A stretch of DNA of 55,372 nt, filler included, from Sluysia triapertura (taxonomy: Eukaryota), in the NCBI GenBank assembly GCA_046118255.1. It is 4 parts of 4 records of this genome, joined end to end, with 100 filler letters (N's around TTAATTAATTAA, not from the genome) between each part and the next. Parts side by side here need not be neighbours in the genome. Positions count along the whole stretch, not along the records: positions 1 to 12,841 come from JBJNIA010078600.1; 3 more parts are not named here. One strand, 5' to 3'. The translations under genes were made by a program, and so were the position numbers. Of the stretch, positions 1 to 12,790 are shown piece after piece. The notes under the pieces were generated by a model. The model was not told where the DNA came from. It saw nothing but the letters and a program-made list of their open reading frames with translations, and ran no database searches. Each line of letters opens with the position of its first letter. Position 1 is the stretch's first letter.

Positions 1-36
1 ATATGCGATGCTACAATATGCAATTCTAGAATATTA

Positions 37-885
37 GTGAATGAAGAATCAAACTTATACCTGCTGGAGAATCTTTGCCAGATTTTGGTTGTCCCAGGAC
101 TGAATCAAAGTAGTGCTGATGATTACAATGACATAAAGCATGATGACGTAGCTGAAGAAGGCTCTATTCGACTTTTATCTGAATGTACAAATTCAATTCT
201 AACCATAAAAGGTAATGACTTAATTTTGATTTCCACTAACCGTTTGTTTGATAATTATTATGTTAATATTATTTATCATAGATTTATTCTTCTGTATAAC
301 CACGAAGATGGATACGCCAACGGACCAGAGCTGCAATTATCATCAATTTTAATTAAACGTTCAACATTTTTATATAAATCATTTATATTAATAAAATTTA
401 ACATTAAATGTTCTAGTTCTTTTTGCCTTTATGATATCTATAAAATTTCGAAATTTAATGATAAGCAAACCCTAAACGTTATAGGGTCGAATCATAAAAT
501 AACTAAAAGAAATAATGGTTTTTGTATAAAAGGAAGTTTTTATAACATTAATCAAGGAATTAAACGTATAATTTTCATAGAACAATACAGATGCCAAGAA
601 TATAAACTTTTAAATCAATGTCAATCATACGAAACTCGTTTCATTAAAGATCACATGTTTATTCAACATAAATTTATAGTATATAAGAATATAAACTACT
701 TAGTTATTTTTTGGTGTAACATTAAAATATCCAAACCATTTAGCTTCATTCATAACTTTAACACGTCTATAACACATCAGTATTTTCGACTCTCTTATAA
801 CAATAAGCCCTCAACATTCATCACAAAGATATTTGAATATGTTAATAACACAACTAAATTCTATAACCCCATAGCAACCATTTGA
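37..885 (+). CDS. Hypothetical 282-aa ORF, no recognisable domain
   Basis: Long stop-free frame in very AT-rich DNA; the opposite-strand frames I translated contain many stops. Annotated start is GTG, so it may be an internal exon or element-borne. Confidence 0.3.
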   Translation: MNEESNLYLLENLCQILVVPGLNQSSADDYNDIKHDDVAEEGSIRLLSECTNSILTIKGNDLILISTNRLFDNYYVNIIYHRFILLYNHEDGYANGPELQLSSILIKRSTFLYKSFILIKFNIKCSSSFCLYDIYKISKFNDKQTLNVIGSNHKITKRNNGFCIKGSFYNINQGIKRIIFIEQYRCQEYKLLNQCQSYETRFIKDHMFIQHKFIVYKNINYLVIFWCNIKISKPFSFIHNFNTSITHQYFRLSYNNKPSTFITKIFEYVNNTTKFYNPIATI

Positions 886-2339
886 ATAATTGTATTCAAT
901 TAAATAAAATATTATATATATTTAATTATATATGTTGGTCGAGTGTCATTAAATTGAGAAATTTGTAATGAATTATTTGTACTTAAGAAGTGTCTATGAC
1001 AATTAAATAAAAATGATTTACAAAAAAAAGAATTTATGATCTGTTCTAATTCTGTTTTATTATAAAATTATGGGATTAATTCGTTAACTGAAAGACAAAA
1101 AGCAAAATAAAAACTTCCTTTATTCCACAACCAGTCAGAAATTTATAAACGTTATAAAACATAAAACGTATCAAAAATTTACGTACGTATGATGAACAGA
1201 ATCTTTTTCGTTGACACGCAGTTTTGGTTTCATAATGAACCTTTACAACCATTATGTCTAATGTCATTTCACAAGTGGATGAAATAGCCTTGAAATGTTT
1301 TCGAGGATTCATAAATTTAAAATATTTCTCACGACTAAACATAATTTTTGTCTTATAATTATAAAATTAATAAAAATATTAAAAATATTACGTATAGTGA
1401 CAATAATGATGGCGTGAATATAATCAGAGGGAAAGGAACTATGATATTGATATAAATGATTTTGGTGTGGAGTTTAGAGTTTATAGAATATTATTTGTAG
1501 TTTATGCTAATGTAGGAAAGTAACGAAGAAGTTAAAGTGTTGAATGTGAAATTTTATGAATGTTGAGGACTCTGGGGAAAACTCGGTTTTAGTAGAATCC
1601 TCTATGATGGATAAAAATATCAAACATCGATTTTTTCGGAAACATATCTGGTGACCGATGCTTTAAACTAAGTTTAGAGGTCAAATATTATTATCGGTTT
1701 ATGAGGATCAAGATTATGTGCTTGGGTTTTGTCCACATGTTTCGACAGGTGGCAATAGTCCTTGAAACACGAAATTCTGTAAGGGTAATAAACTTAAGAG
1801 AAGAATATGTCCAATCATTCCGGAGTTCCGACGTATCAGTTCAGAATGTAATAAATAGAAATATTTCTGCAGTGGCCAACATGAACCAGAAAATACACGA
1901 AAAAGCTGTAAATGTTTCTCTGATAGATATTAATGGATAATTCTAGAATTCACATTTATTTGATAATTCGAGGCGAACATGAACTTAGAACATTAATTGC
2001 CTGAAGTTTAATGAAATTACACCTGAGGAGTATGATTGTTGAATATTTAATCTTGGAACAAATTTACAAATATAATTTATTTTTATTTCATTGATTGCAT
2101 CAATTATTTAAATGGTTGCAACAACTATTTAATTGATCGAAAAAAATCTATAATATCAAAGTGCTACTTAATATTTAAAATGGTACATTGATACGTTTAG
2201 AATATAAGCTCAAACAAAATATATCTTGAAAATACTTCAAAAGAAGGACTTGAAAGTAGAGAATATCTATATACGAATTTTTAACATACTAAATTAGGAA
2301 GTAAAAATAAATACACGATATCAGAGATTTCCTCTCATA

Positions 2340-3178
2340 TCGTGTTTCCCCGAAATTAAGACAGAGCTTATATATAATTTTGTGGGGAGTGTCCTATTTT
2401 TATCTATCGAAAAACAAAGTTACAAAGTAGAGATTTATGAAATTTCTAAATGTAAACAAAAAACATGAAAACCGATCTACATTTACTAATGAATAATATG
2501 TTTTATGTTTAAAAACTACTAAATATAAATCATTCAAAAATGATTCTGTTATGTCTTGCAAGTCACACTGGATTCCAAAGATTCTGCGGAGTTTTCATTT
2601 AACTGAATTTCATTATTTTAAGTCATTCTCGTGGATATTGTGCTGCAAAGGAGAAATGATTTGATAATTTCTAATAAATTCTTACTTGAAAGATTGTTTG
2701 AAAGTGAATCACAGTCAGAATCTTATTGTAGTCAGTAACAATCCGAAAGTGAACCAGAATGCTTTGACAATGAAAGTATCTCAGAATGTATTGCAATTTA
2801 ACAACTATATCTAACAAAGGTGTCATAAGTTTAACCATTTTTTCTCAATTCATGTTTTGACTTTTCATATAATAATTGTTAAATTTATTTAGATGTATAA
2901 TTGTCCTTCAGCTCATCCTACATCTAAATATACCTACCTGGTAATCAAATACACAAAATTGTGGTAGAAAGTGTTAAAGCTAATGGTGCTTTAAATACTG
3001 AAGTTTATGCTAAAGAATGTATTGAAAGGCGTCTCAAGTCATTCATTGACTTTTATTAAGTATCCTAATGGGCTATCAACCAGGACTTATTTTAGGGGTA
3101 GGTATTAAATTAAAATCATCCTGAAACATCACGCTAAGTCTTATTTGCAGAGTGGGTTTTATTTTCGAGGAAACACGG
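2340..3178 (+). mobile_element. Internally deleted pogo/Tc2-type (Tc1/mariner superfamily) DNA transposon
   Basis: Left end TCGTGTTTCCCCGAAATTAAGAC and right end GTTTTATTTTCGAGGAAACACGG are inverted repeats (19/23 match); TA precedes the left end; internal remnants resemble a pogo transposase C-terminus. Confidence 0.65.
2967..3050 (+). mobile_element. maT/DD37D-like transposase fragment
   Basis: Translates as ESVKANGALNTEVYAKECIERRLKSFID, resembling the G.IN.EIY..ECL.KRL.PFI segment preceding the second catalytic Asp of DD37D transposases. Confidence 0.5.
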
Positions 3179-3965
3179 TTTATAATATCCAATATATTTT
3201 CTTTTTTGTTTTTGGACCAGACTTGTTTTTCTTAATAGATATTCTTTGATTATATCATTGCTTTTAATTTAGTGTATATTACGGTTTCTCTTATTAAAAT
3301 ATTTCATAAATTTGTTTGATGAAAAATTCTGTGTTGATACAGATTGTAGTCTTTCAAATTCAGATTTCGTGAGTAGTAGTATTATTAAAATAAAATTAGC
3401 TTATTAAAGATAATTTTGCAGTTGAAAATGATCTAAAATACTTCTGAATTTTGTGCGATCGTTGAATTTGTATTGATATTGATAACTATACTAAAATTAA
3501 TATTTTACTCCATCAATATTAAAATATAACAAATGTATTTGTAGATATATCGGAAACAAACATATTGTTCTACATTTTAAAGATTCTAGATAGTTGAAAT
3601 TGTTTCAAAACTTTTAGAACTTCAAAATAAATTTTTATTAATTTTGTTTAATGATTCATTTATTATAATTTTCGCATACTTCATAGCTGAAATTTAGATT
3701 GATTTCTTTCAATGTTGTTCAGAAACTTGTTGCGAAACACTAAGCAACATTAAATTGATATCATTACAAATTTTTAATATTTTCTTATTCTATCAAAGCT
3801 TCCACAGAATAATTATCCGTTTTTTCTTTGCCAAACACACCAATAATTATATTTAAAATTCCATTAAATATAAAAACAAATAAACTTCAGAGTAACAATT
3901 AAATCATTCTAATGCAAATAATATAATATTAGTGTAAGAAAACGTGACGTAAAATAATCTTAAAA

Positions 3966-4017
3966 GTGAGTCCACCAACGTATTGGACTTACTAAAAAAT
4001 GGCCAACCGTTGGATTT
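3966..4017 (+). repeat. Dispersed structured repeat, copy 1 (hairpin with possible pseudoknot)
   Basis: GTGAGTCCA-CCAACGTAT-TGGACTTAC...GGCCAACCGTTGGATTT; a similar copy lies at 18187-18238. Confidence 0.7.
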
Positions 4018-6775
4018 TTTATGTAAGAATTCGGAGAAGTGGTTTAATTATAATATCACTAATCTTTAAGGAGGATTTGAACTTTATACTTTAGTTTAAC
4101 GAGATTTTAATATGGTTCTTACTTCGAACCTTTAAATTTACTATTAAGATTTTAATAAGGTTCTTACACCGAACCTATTCTTTATGCAGATTTTAAAATG
4201 AATTAAAAATAATCTTAAAATAATATGTCTATTAATAACAAACCACAAAAATGGATACAATTAATAAAACAATATTATATAATAAATATAATTTTTAAAG
4301 GATTATTCCTTGAATAATCTCTACAGTGGATAGTTTAAATAATTATTTTAATGAGCTATCAATAAAAGATAGCTATTGGCAAATTAAATAGAAAATTTAA
4401 GTTGATTTTAAAGATGCAACATTAAAAGTTGCGAAAAACTTAAACATAAAAAACTAACGATGAAATTTCACTAATTCAAAACGAATGAGAGTCCACGTTA
4501 AGGATCGTTATGTGAAGAAATTTCAATAATCTCAGATAGCCTGTTCTTTTGTTACAAGAAACGAGAATTCCGTGTGAATGATTTATCCGATAAAAGAATT
4601 GTGTCAAACGTTATGTGTAAGTGGTGAAAAATGCTAAGTATTTATATATAAAATTAAACGACCTTGCATAAATATAACAATTTAAACAAATAAAATATAG
4701 TTACACTCTTACAAAAATTAATATACAAAAATAATCAGAGTTTTTTAAAATAATTAATTTTAAAATTATACAAAAATAATTTCTTACTTTTATTAAATTA
4801 AATGAAATGTTTCCAAGTAAATAATATTTAAATAATATAATTATTGATTTAAATTTACACAATTTCTTAACTATGTTACTATATTTACACAAATCAATAT
4901 TTCTTTTAATTACTGTTTAGTATTTACGCACAAATCAATTTGGTATTTACTACTATATTTACAATATTACAAACAAGTTAACTATGTTTAGTATTTATAT
5001 TTGATTTAAAAGTAATCGTTATAATGCCAAGCATTCTGTTTTAGTTAATTCATTTAGTTCAAGCTACGGGGTCACGTGATAATAATTTGGGAGCCCTAAA
5101 AATTTTAAAATTGTTAGATTATACAAACAAATTTTTCTTTTTGCTTTGAATATTTTTTGTTGTTTTTACCAATTCAAGTAATTCCATCATCTAATTCCAT
5201 AATTTACGTTCTTGATGTAGAACAATCATCAAGAATAAAATTTCAAAGCAAATATACTTACAAATTCATAAAGCAATTATACATTTTCACTAGAGATATA
5301 TATTTTTTAGCTGTTAATTAAAAATAACGTTAGCAGACTGCTATCACAATCGCGAAGTAGCAGCTATTATTAAATAACAGCGACGTGTTGAAAAAATATT
5401 AATATTTCACAGAAGTGAAATATTAACATACATAATAATGCATTTTTGATATAAAGAATTAAAATTTAATTTTGTTAATTTTTCTTTATTTTTGCTAAAT
5501 AATTAGAACTATTGTTGTTCATAATATTTAATTTATAAGAAACAGAAAAATACATTTTGTTATTACAAAGCTAAATAAATAAAAAATTAAATTCTGCATC
5601 TATGTTGTTATAGTCAAATTTATTATTATTTACGTTTAGATTATGTTACACGATAATTTTATTAATATTTTAAATCACATATTTTAATTAGCCATAAAAA
5701 TGTCTTCAAAAATATTTTTGTGTATCTAATTGAAATTTTATTATGGTTTTAATTTACTTGCTATTTCGTAATTCGTCATTATTTGTTAATTTTAAGTTTT
5801 TTCAAATTAATCATTTTTGCTAAACTAGAAATATTTTAGATTGATTGAAAAAAATGAATAATAATGGAATAAATCTACAGCAAATCCATTTAATTTCTAT
5901 TTAATTCATTGAAACTTAGTATATTTTTACAAAGCGCTTTATTATTAAAAGTTTTATTATCATAAACAATTCATTTTGTTAATTTTGTCAATCGTAGTGG
6001 ATATAAATTTAAAATATTTTAAAATATTTTAAATTTATAACAAGCATGAAAAATAAACATGAAAACCGATTCAAAAATAGTGAAAATCCTGTAGATTAAT
6101 TAATTTATTAAATTTGCTAACAACTATATCTAAAGAAAAAGATAAAGTAAAAGATTCTCTAATGATAAAATAAAATATTTAGGTAGAAAATTAAAGGCTT
6201 CAGAACAAGCACCCAGTATATATATGCAGTCATATCTCGACTTAATACTAACTTTATATATATATTGCCAAATAAAAATACAAATTAACTATGATGATTG
6301 ATATTATTTACAATAATAGTTTTTAAATTTCGTAATTTTATAATATTAATATATTTGTTTTTTAGTAAAATAACTTAAGTAGAGCAGGCCAATATTTTAT
6401 TTATCTATTTATTTTCTTAATTTCTTAAATTCTTTATTTATTGACATTTTTCTTTTAATGCCATAAAATAAAGATAAAAAATAACAATGGTAATATTTAC
6501 ACATTCTTATTTTTGGGATGATAAGTGTGGTGCGTATTATACAAAGGTACAGAAGAAATACTTTTTTCCTGCTTGAAAAATTAGAAATTAGAAAATAATA
6601 AATTGTTACAAAAATGTGTATTTTTATTCAAATAAAGAAACCACTAGTTTCATCTACACTTTCTGTTAAATTCTCAATATAATCATCTTTTCCAAACATT
6701 AATTCATTTTTCATATCAATATCATCTTGCTAATTCTCTACATCAGATATATCGTTCGCCTATCAATAATATTAG

Positions 6776-6931
6776 TCATAGGACCACATTTGTGTAAAAT
6801 ATTTCTATTTCTCTCCGAAGTTTTACATAGACTTCATGTCCTCGAGACACTACCTTATTTCCAATGCGTTCTGCAATTTCAATAATTTTCAATTTAAAAC
6901 CAGTCTTGTAATTGCAACATTTTTGAAGACA
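6776..6931 (-). mobile_element. Degenerate pogo-like transposase N-terminus (Brinker-type DNA-binding domain)
   Basis: Minus-strand translation NYKTGFKLKIIEIAERIGNKVVSRGHEV resembles the Y.A.FKL.VI..AE..GNRAA.R.F.V consensus; bounded by stops. Confidence 0.5.
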
Positions 6932-7189
6932 CTATATGGGAATAAAAATACCAATATTAGAATATTTAAACAGAAATATTAATTATGCATATGTATCATA
7001 ATTGCGTTACTTATATTTTCTTACATTTAGTTTAATTTTTAATGTGTCTATTATATTTGGATAATTACGGTAGTTCTTAAAATTAAATTATGAAACATAT
7101 TTATTAATAAAATTTTTTTCTTGATGTTTGCAAAAGCTCTTGCATGTATCAAAGTTTCGCAACTTTCCAGCAAATAAGTAAAAACTTAC

Positions 7190-7542
7190 TTATCCTTAAT
7201 AAAACTAAAAAATGATCTCCATTCATCTTGTATTTGACATTCTACCGAAATTTCGCTAATTTCCGACCAACTAACAATAACCAGTCCGATAAATACTTGA
7301 GCCTCGTTTTCATAAACTTTGGAATAATTAATGGATTTCATGTAATCAATCAATATAGTCAAATCTTCTTCTTGGACATTAACTACATTTACATGAACCA
7401 CGGCTGTGGCAGTATTACCAGATGTTTGAGATTTGATAAAACCGGTATCACCAGTATAGACTATTTGTGGATCATTTCGAGCAATTACTTCGAATTTAAA
7501 TGATTGAATCTGTTCATAGTCCAATGCCTTTATTTGTATTAT
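7190..7542 (-). CDS. Protocadherin-like gene, exon encoding end of EC3 and start of EC4
   Basis: Acceptor TTTTTTTTCAG ending at 7543; translates IIQIKALDYEQIQSFKFEVIARND...; donor GTAAGT at 7189-7184; phase-0 join to the upstream exon gives IDSSSGD|IIQIKALDYE. Confidence 0.88.
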
Positions 7543-8380
7543 CTGAAAAAAACAAAATCGAATTATTCGAAATACAAAGTTTCAGTTCGATTTTATAACG
7601 AATACTTGTACAACCTATTTTTGTGTCAATAAATAATTGTACAATAATTAATAATTAATAATAATTTATTAATTGAGTAAGTTACAATTAATATTGAATC
7701 AGCCTAGAACATAACAATGAAAACAAGAGTGGAATTCAAAAACATAACAATACTTAAAAATTTAAAAAAGCAAAATTTTAAATAATAATTAATTTAAATT
7801 CAAAAAAAACTTAAATTTAAGAAATTACACAAAATTGTATTCAAGATAGAGAAATTTAGAAATAGTAGAATACCTGCTGAAATATATGGCATCATATGTA
7901 CCGAAAAAAATGGAGAAAATAAAAAAAACAATAATAAAATTAAACTAACAAGGATGTAAGAGAAAAATATATTTATTGATCTGAATAAAAGAATAAACAC
8001 AGATTGAATCAAATTAAAAGCAAGATCCAGTAGTTGTTGATATGAACAATAAATTAGTAAATATGCGATACTTACAACAAACAAATTAGTACTTAAAATA
8101 CTTATTTCTTAATTTGGAAAATTTGTAAATTCATACAAATGCTGAAATAGTCCATTCTATCATGATTTAAATATTAAAAATTTCGTTATTATAGTGGTTT
8201 TTAACCTATTAGCTCCTAGTGCGCAAGCAATACATTTGTAATAGCAATTTGAGTTAATCAAACATTGTTTATAACACTGAGTACATCATATCATTATTAT
8301 AAAGTTATTTTTATAATAAGTACTTTTAAATCTATACTCTATTGTTCTAAAAACATTAAATTAAAATATCGAAATCTAAC

Positions 8381-8831
8381 ATCGCCAGAACTTGAATCAA
8401 TTCGAAAATATTCAGATGCATTCAGTTTTATTAACTGATGTGGATTGAATCCGTAAATAATCCTTGCATTAACATCTTCATCTTGATCTGTTGCTTCTAA
8501 ACGTAAAACAACTTGGCCATGTTGTTCCACTGGACCTTCGTTTATACTTAGTGAATAATCAGTTTTCTTGAATTTCGGTGGATTATCATTGACGTCAGTG
8601 ATTTTGATATTAATCGTTATTGAACCAGTACGAGACTTTTCCGATGATTCCAAATCAATTGCTAAAAAATCGAAATAGAAATTCGATACTGATTCACGAT
8701 CAAGAGATTTCATTATTCGAAGTGCTGGATTGTAGAAACAATCTGATTGCAAATTTGATTTGTCAGGACTTCTATCGATCAGTTGAAAAGTGGAACGAAA
8801 TTCGTGCGGCTTTTCGTTATAAAATTTGTAC
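8381..8831 (-). CDS. Protocadherin-like gene, exon encoding EC2-EC3
   Basis: Cadherin motifs LDRE, DVNDNPPKF and ATDQDED; acceptor CAG at 8834-8832, donor GTTAGA from 8380; phase-2 join with the upstream exon restores DYL-R-YKF. Confidence 0.92.
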
Positions 8832-10930
8832 CTGATATTATAAATCATTTTATAATTATCAATATAAATAATGTTAAATAATATTAATAATAAGCATATA
8901 AATAATATGTTAAGACTTCAAGTTTGTCTGAAGAAATTAGCACTCAACTTAAATAAAGCCTGTATAAAGTTGAGACAAATTTAATCACATTTAAAAGCAA
9001 TAAAAAACGTCCGAAAACTAATGGGAATTAATAATTTTATATTTGTTCAATTTCCTCTCCGTTTTTTAAACACTCAGCAAAAATCTGTCAATCACACTGT
9101 ACGCAGCACCTATGATTTAGGATATCTTCAATTGTAATTGATATCAGTTCCTTCAATTTCCCAACAATTATTATTATTTGTGTGTAATAATTGTTACAAA
9201 TTTTCAAAATTGCAACAACATAGCACGACCTTGTCAGGTATAAATACATTAGGTTATCTCAAAGATCTAACATGTAAATGGGATAATAATAATAATAGTA
9301 TAATAACAATAATATTAAATAAATAATAATTATAATAATGATTCAATAATAAATTAACCAAAAAATTATTGCAAAAAACACTATATATTGTGTTCAATTT
9401 TTGGATCAATAACATTTTTAGTTGCAATTAGTTTTTTGTTACACTATTAATTTTTATAATATTTCAAAAGTCGACTACATTTATTTTGTTGATAATATGT
9501 AATTATAATTATTTTGTTAGTGATTAATTAAAATTGCTCGTGATATTTGTTACACAGATGATAGAATTTTGAATAGCACAATGTAACTGTTTCCGTTATC
9601 ACGAATTAAGAAAATTAAATCAGATAATCCCGACACACTTAGCTTGGCGATTGTTACACATTAAGTTCCATTGTATAAATTTATTCATATCCCTAAGTGA
9701 TATCCAAAATCAACTTAAAATTATTTTTTAATTATTTTCAAATAAATCCACAAAATCATATCAAATTTTATCTTTTATTTTAGTGTGCATTTGTTGTATT
9801 AGTAATTTTGGATTATAATTAATTTTAGTGAATTCAACAATTTTATTGATTTTTCCCAAAAAATTGTAATTATCAGTGATTTTTGAAACACTATTTTAAA
9901 GAAATCCATAAGCTATAAATAATAAATATTATAGTTATAATATTGTAATAATGTAAATCATGTAAATGTAATTATTAATGTAATCATGTATTGTAATAAA
10001 ATAATAAGATAAATTACATTGCAAATAAAGAGAACATGAAAAAGTTGCTATTATTATTGTAATTAATAATTTTATTATTTTAAAGTATTATTTATTATTA
10101 ATTATCAAATTATAAAAATTATTTTATTAAAAATATTATTATTATTGGTAAAAGTAAAAATATTATTATAATTATTCATCATTTATTATCTAATATTATT
10201 TCATCATTACAACTAAAAACGTTTCAGGTCAATGACCACATATGCAAAGCTAATATAAATAGTGTAAATTCATTATCTCTTATTCATTAGTTTTATATGT
10301 GTACGAGTCAAAAATTCTAAGTCTATTATTCACACATTTGTTTATTCACGCGATTAATCATTAGTAGAAAAACAATTACAATTCAATATTAATTGGATTT
10401 TAAATCATCAACTTCTAATCTACAAATCCTTTAGTTGTCAATTAAAAGAGATGTAACTAATAAAGACTAATCATAAGAAAATTTTACTGCTTTTAAATTA
10501 CGTCAATACTTTTAATTAACAGCGTTAGTTTATGTGAATTATTAAGTTGTATTTTAAAAAATAAATAAATAAATCTACGTCAAATTTTTAAAAATTAAAG
10601 TAAATGTTTGTTATTTATATAAATTTCAATAACTTTAAAGAAGTTTATTATTATAAAGCATAATAATATTGAAATTAATAACAAATATTATTGATCTACT
10701 TTTTGCAGGTATGTTTCTGAAAATTTAACTTACCCACAAAATACCTGAGGGTCGATTCGCCTAATACACACGATTTATACCGATTCTGGAGACGTGCTAT
10801 TAGGATTTATACTTATCAAAAAACTTAAAGCTTATGCTTACTTAACGTATAATCAACACTTAGTGTCTGAAATAAATCACACTTGAGAATAACTTTACAA
10901 TTAATTACTTTATATTTTATATACTTACAT

Positions 10931-11349
10931 TACTCTTCTTAAGGTTTAGTTTGATAAAATTATAAATTACACAAGCCTTTATAACAAGGTCTTGCTCAAA
11001 ATAATTAATAAATTTATTAAATTTCTCTACCCTTCTTAAGGTGTAGATTGAAAACTTTTATTATATTTTAAAGGTTACACTAGCCGTATTAAGGTCTAGT
11101 GGTGAAAAATGAGTTTAATGAAATAATAACAATTAAACAATCCTAAAGTATATTATTAAAAGTAAATTCTCTTACAAGAAATTATACAAATCGATAATTA
11201 TAATATCTACAATAAATTTGCGAACTTGTTCAATCTCGTTAGGCAGTTTAAATATTTTATGAATAGATTCTGCAAGCCTTTTTAAGGTCTTGCATAAAAA
11301 GAAAAGAAATTTAAGTATTACTTTAAAATTCCCCTATAAGGTGAATTTT
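10931..11349 (-). repeat. Intronic array of structurally conserved bulged hairpins
   Basis: Five clean hairpins (10972-10994, 11026-11047, 11078-11101, 11271-11294, 11325-11349) plus a decayed one (10931-10950), all stem-CC-loop-GG-T(bulge)-stem on the + strand. Confidence 0.8.
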
Positions 11350-12346
11350 TATAAACCTACGAAGTAAAGAATTACTTCTATATTGACATTGTCTTCTTAT
11401 AAATTTTCTTCAAAAAACTTTTAAATAAAATTGAATCCTAAAATTTTCTAAAATTTTTGTGTAAAATTATTAAATTAAACTCACCTATTTATATTGATAT
11501 ACGCCATTTGTAATTAATTCATTAAAAGATATTTTATTAAATTGATCCAATAAAAGAAAATTTAAAAAAGTCCTATTTTAAATAAGGACAAAAAATTGTA
11601 TATTAGCATTAATGTTAACATAGTTTTAGACTCTATTGCAATTATTACAGAAAGAGTTTAATAATTAATTTCATGTTAAGATAATCGTATTAGTATCCCA
11701 TTAATTTAAAGTGAGTAAAAGATCTCTAAAAATTTTGTCATTTTGCATTCAATTATTTAAAATCATGTGAACATGCCCTTAATTGTGTAAGACTTGGATC
11801 ACAGGCGAATTCACTAAGATTTTACGATATTCGATTTACAATCGTAGATATTTTAAGTGCAACTACATTAATATTAATCTGCATGTGTAGCTCTACATTT
11901 TGAATAAATTAAAAATTATATCTCAGAACACACAACTTTGCTCAAATTGTATTGGTCAGAAAATTATTCTAGAAAAATGTCTAATCAAATTTATTTGAAA
12001 GTTCCTTAAAAATTAAACTGAAACAATAGGCAATACATAACAAGAAAGCAAACAATTCAAATGACAAGTTCTATTATAAATCCAAGTCTTGTAACAGTCA
12101 TTGAATTTATAAATCTTCGGTCAGCGTCCAATATAATTTTCAATTCGTTTTTTACAAAAAAAAATGACAACTGAATTCTTGAATATAATCTTTAAGCTCT
12201 GCTTCAAAAAATCAGAAAAATTCGATAATGATAAACCGATAAAGGTTAACTTAATTCAAATATAAAATTTTTACGAAACAAAGGAAAAACAAAAAATGGA
12301 GTCAAATCAGTATAAAATTACTACAAAATTTTAATAAAATACTTAC

Positions 12347-12790
12347 CTTAAATAGTCGTTACTTGAAAAATCAGCATCAGTAGCTCGTGGTAAAGGGATT
12401 ACTTTACCAATCTCCATATTTTCAGCCACATTAATTACTGTCATGGTGGATCTGTCATTACGCAGAAAATCTCTGACTTGGAATTCCGGTGTATGGTCGT
12501 TAATATCTACTATTTTTATTGTTAAATTAATTTTATTAAAATTATTATCTTTCCACAATACACCGACATGTAGAGAAATTTCACAACTAATGTCTTTATA
12601 ATAATAATTGTTACTATAAATACGTGGCGAATTATAATTATTAACATTACTACCAACGTTACGACAACATTCGCCAATTTTTTCACACATAGAATCTAAA
12701 TCAATAACATGACTCGTATAAATACAATCATTCATAATTTGAAAATATTTCATAGCTTTACTACTCGTTTGTAATAAAGAAAATGTATAA

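Noticed and set aside
2314-2346. Strong hairpin ACACGATAT...ATATCGTGT as an ncRNA
   Set aside because: One arm overlaps the transposon TIR, so a local inverted duplication at the element end explains it.
10931-11349. CRISPR array interpretation of the periodic hairpins
   Set aside because: Repeat sequences are not identical (only structure and a short core are shared), the context is a eukaryotic intron and no cas-like ORF is present.
12339-12350. U1 snRNA 5' end (ATACTTACCT)
   Set aside because: It is the reverse complement of the cadherin splice donor; no U1 body follows.
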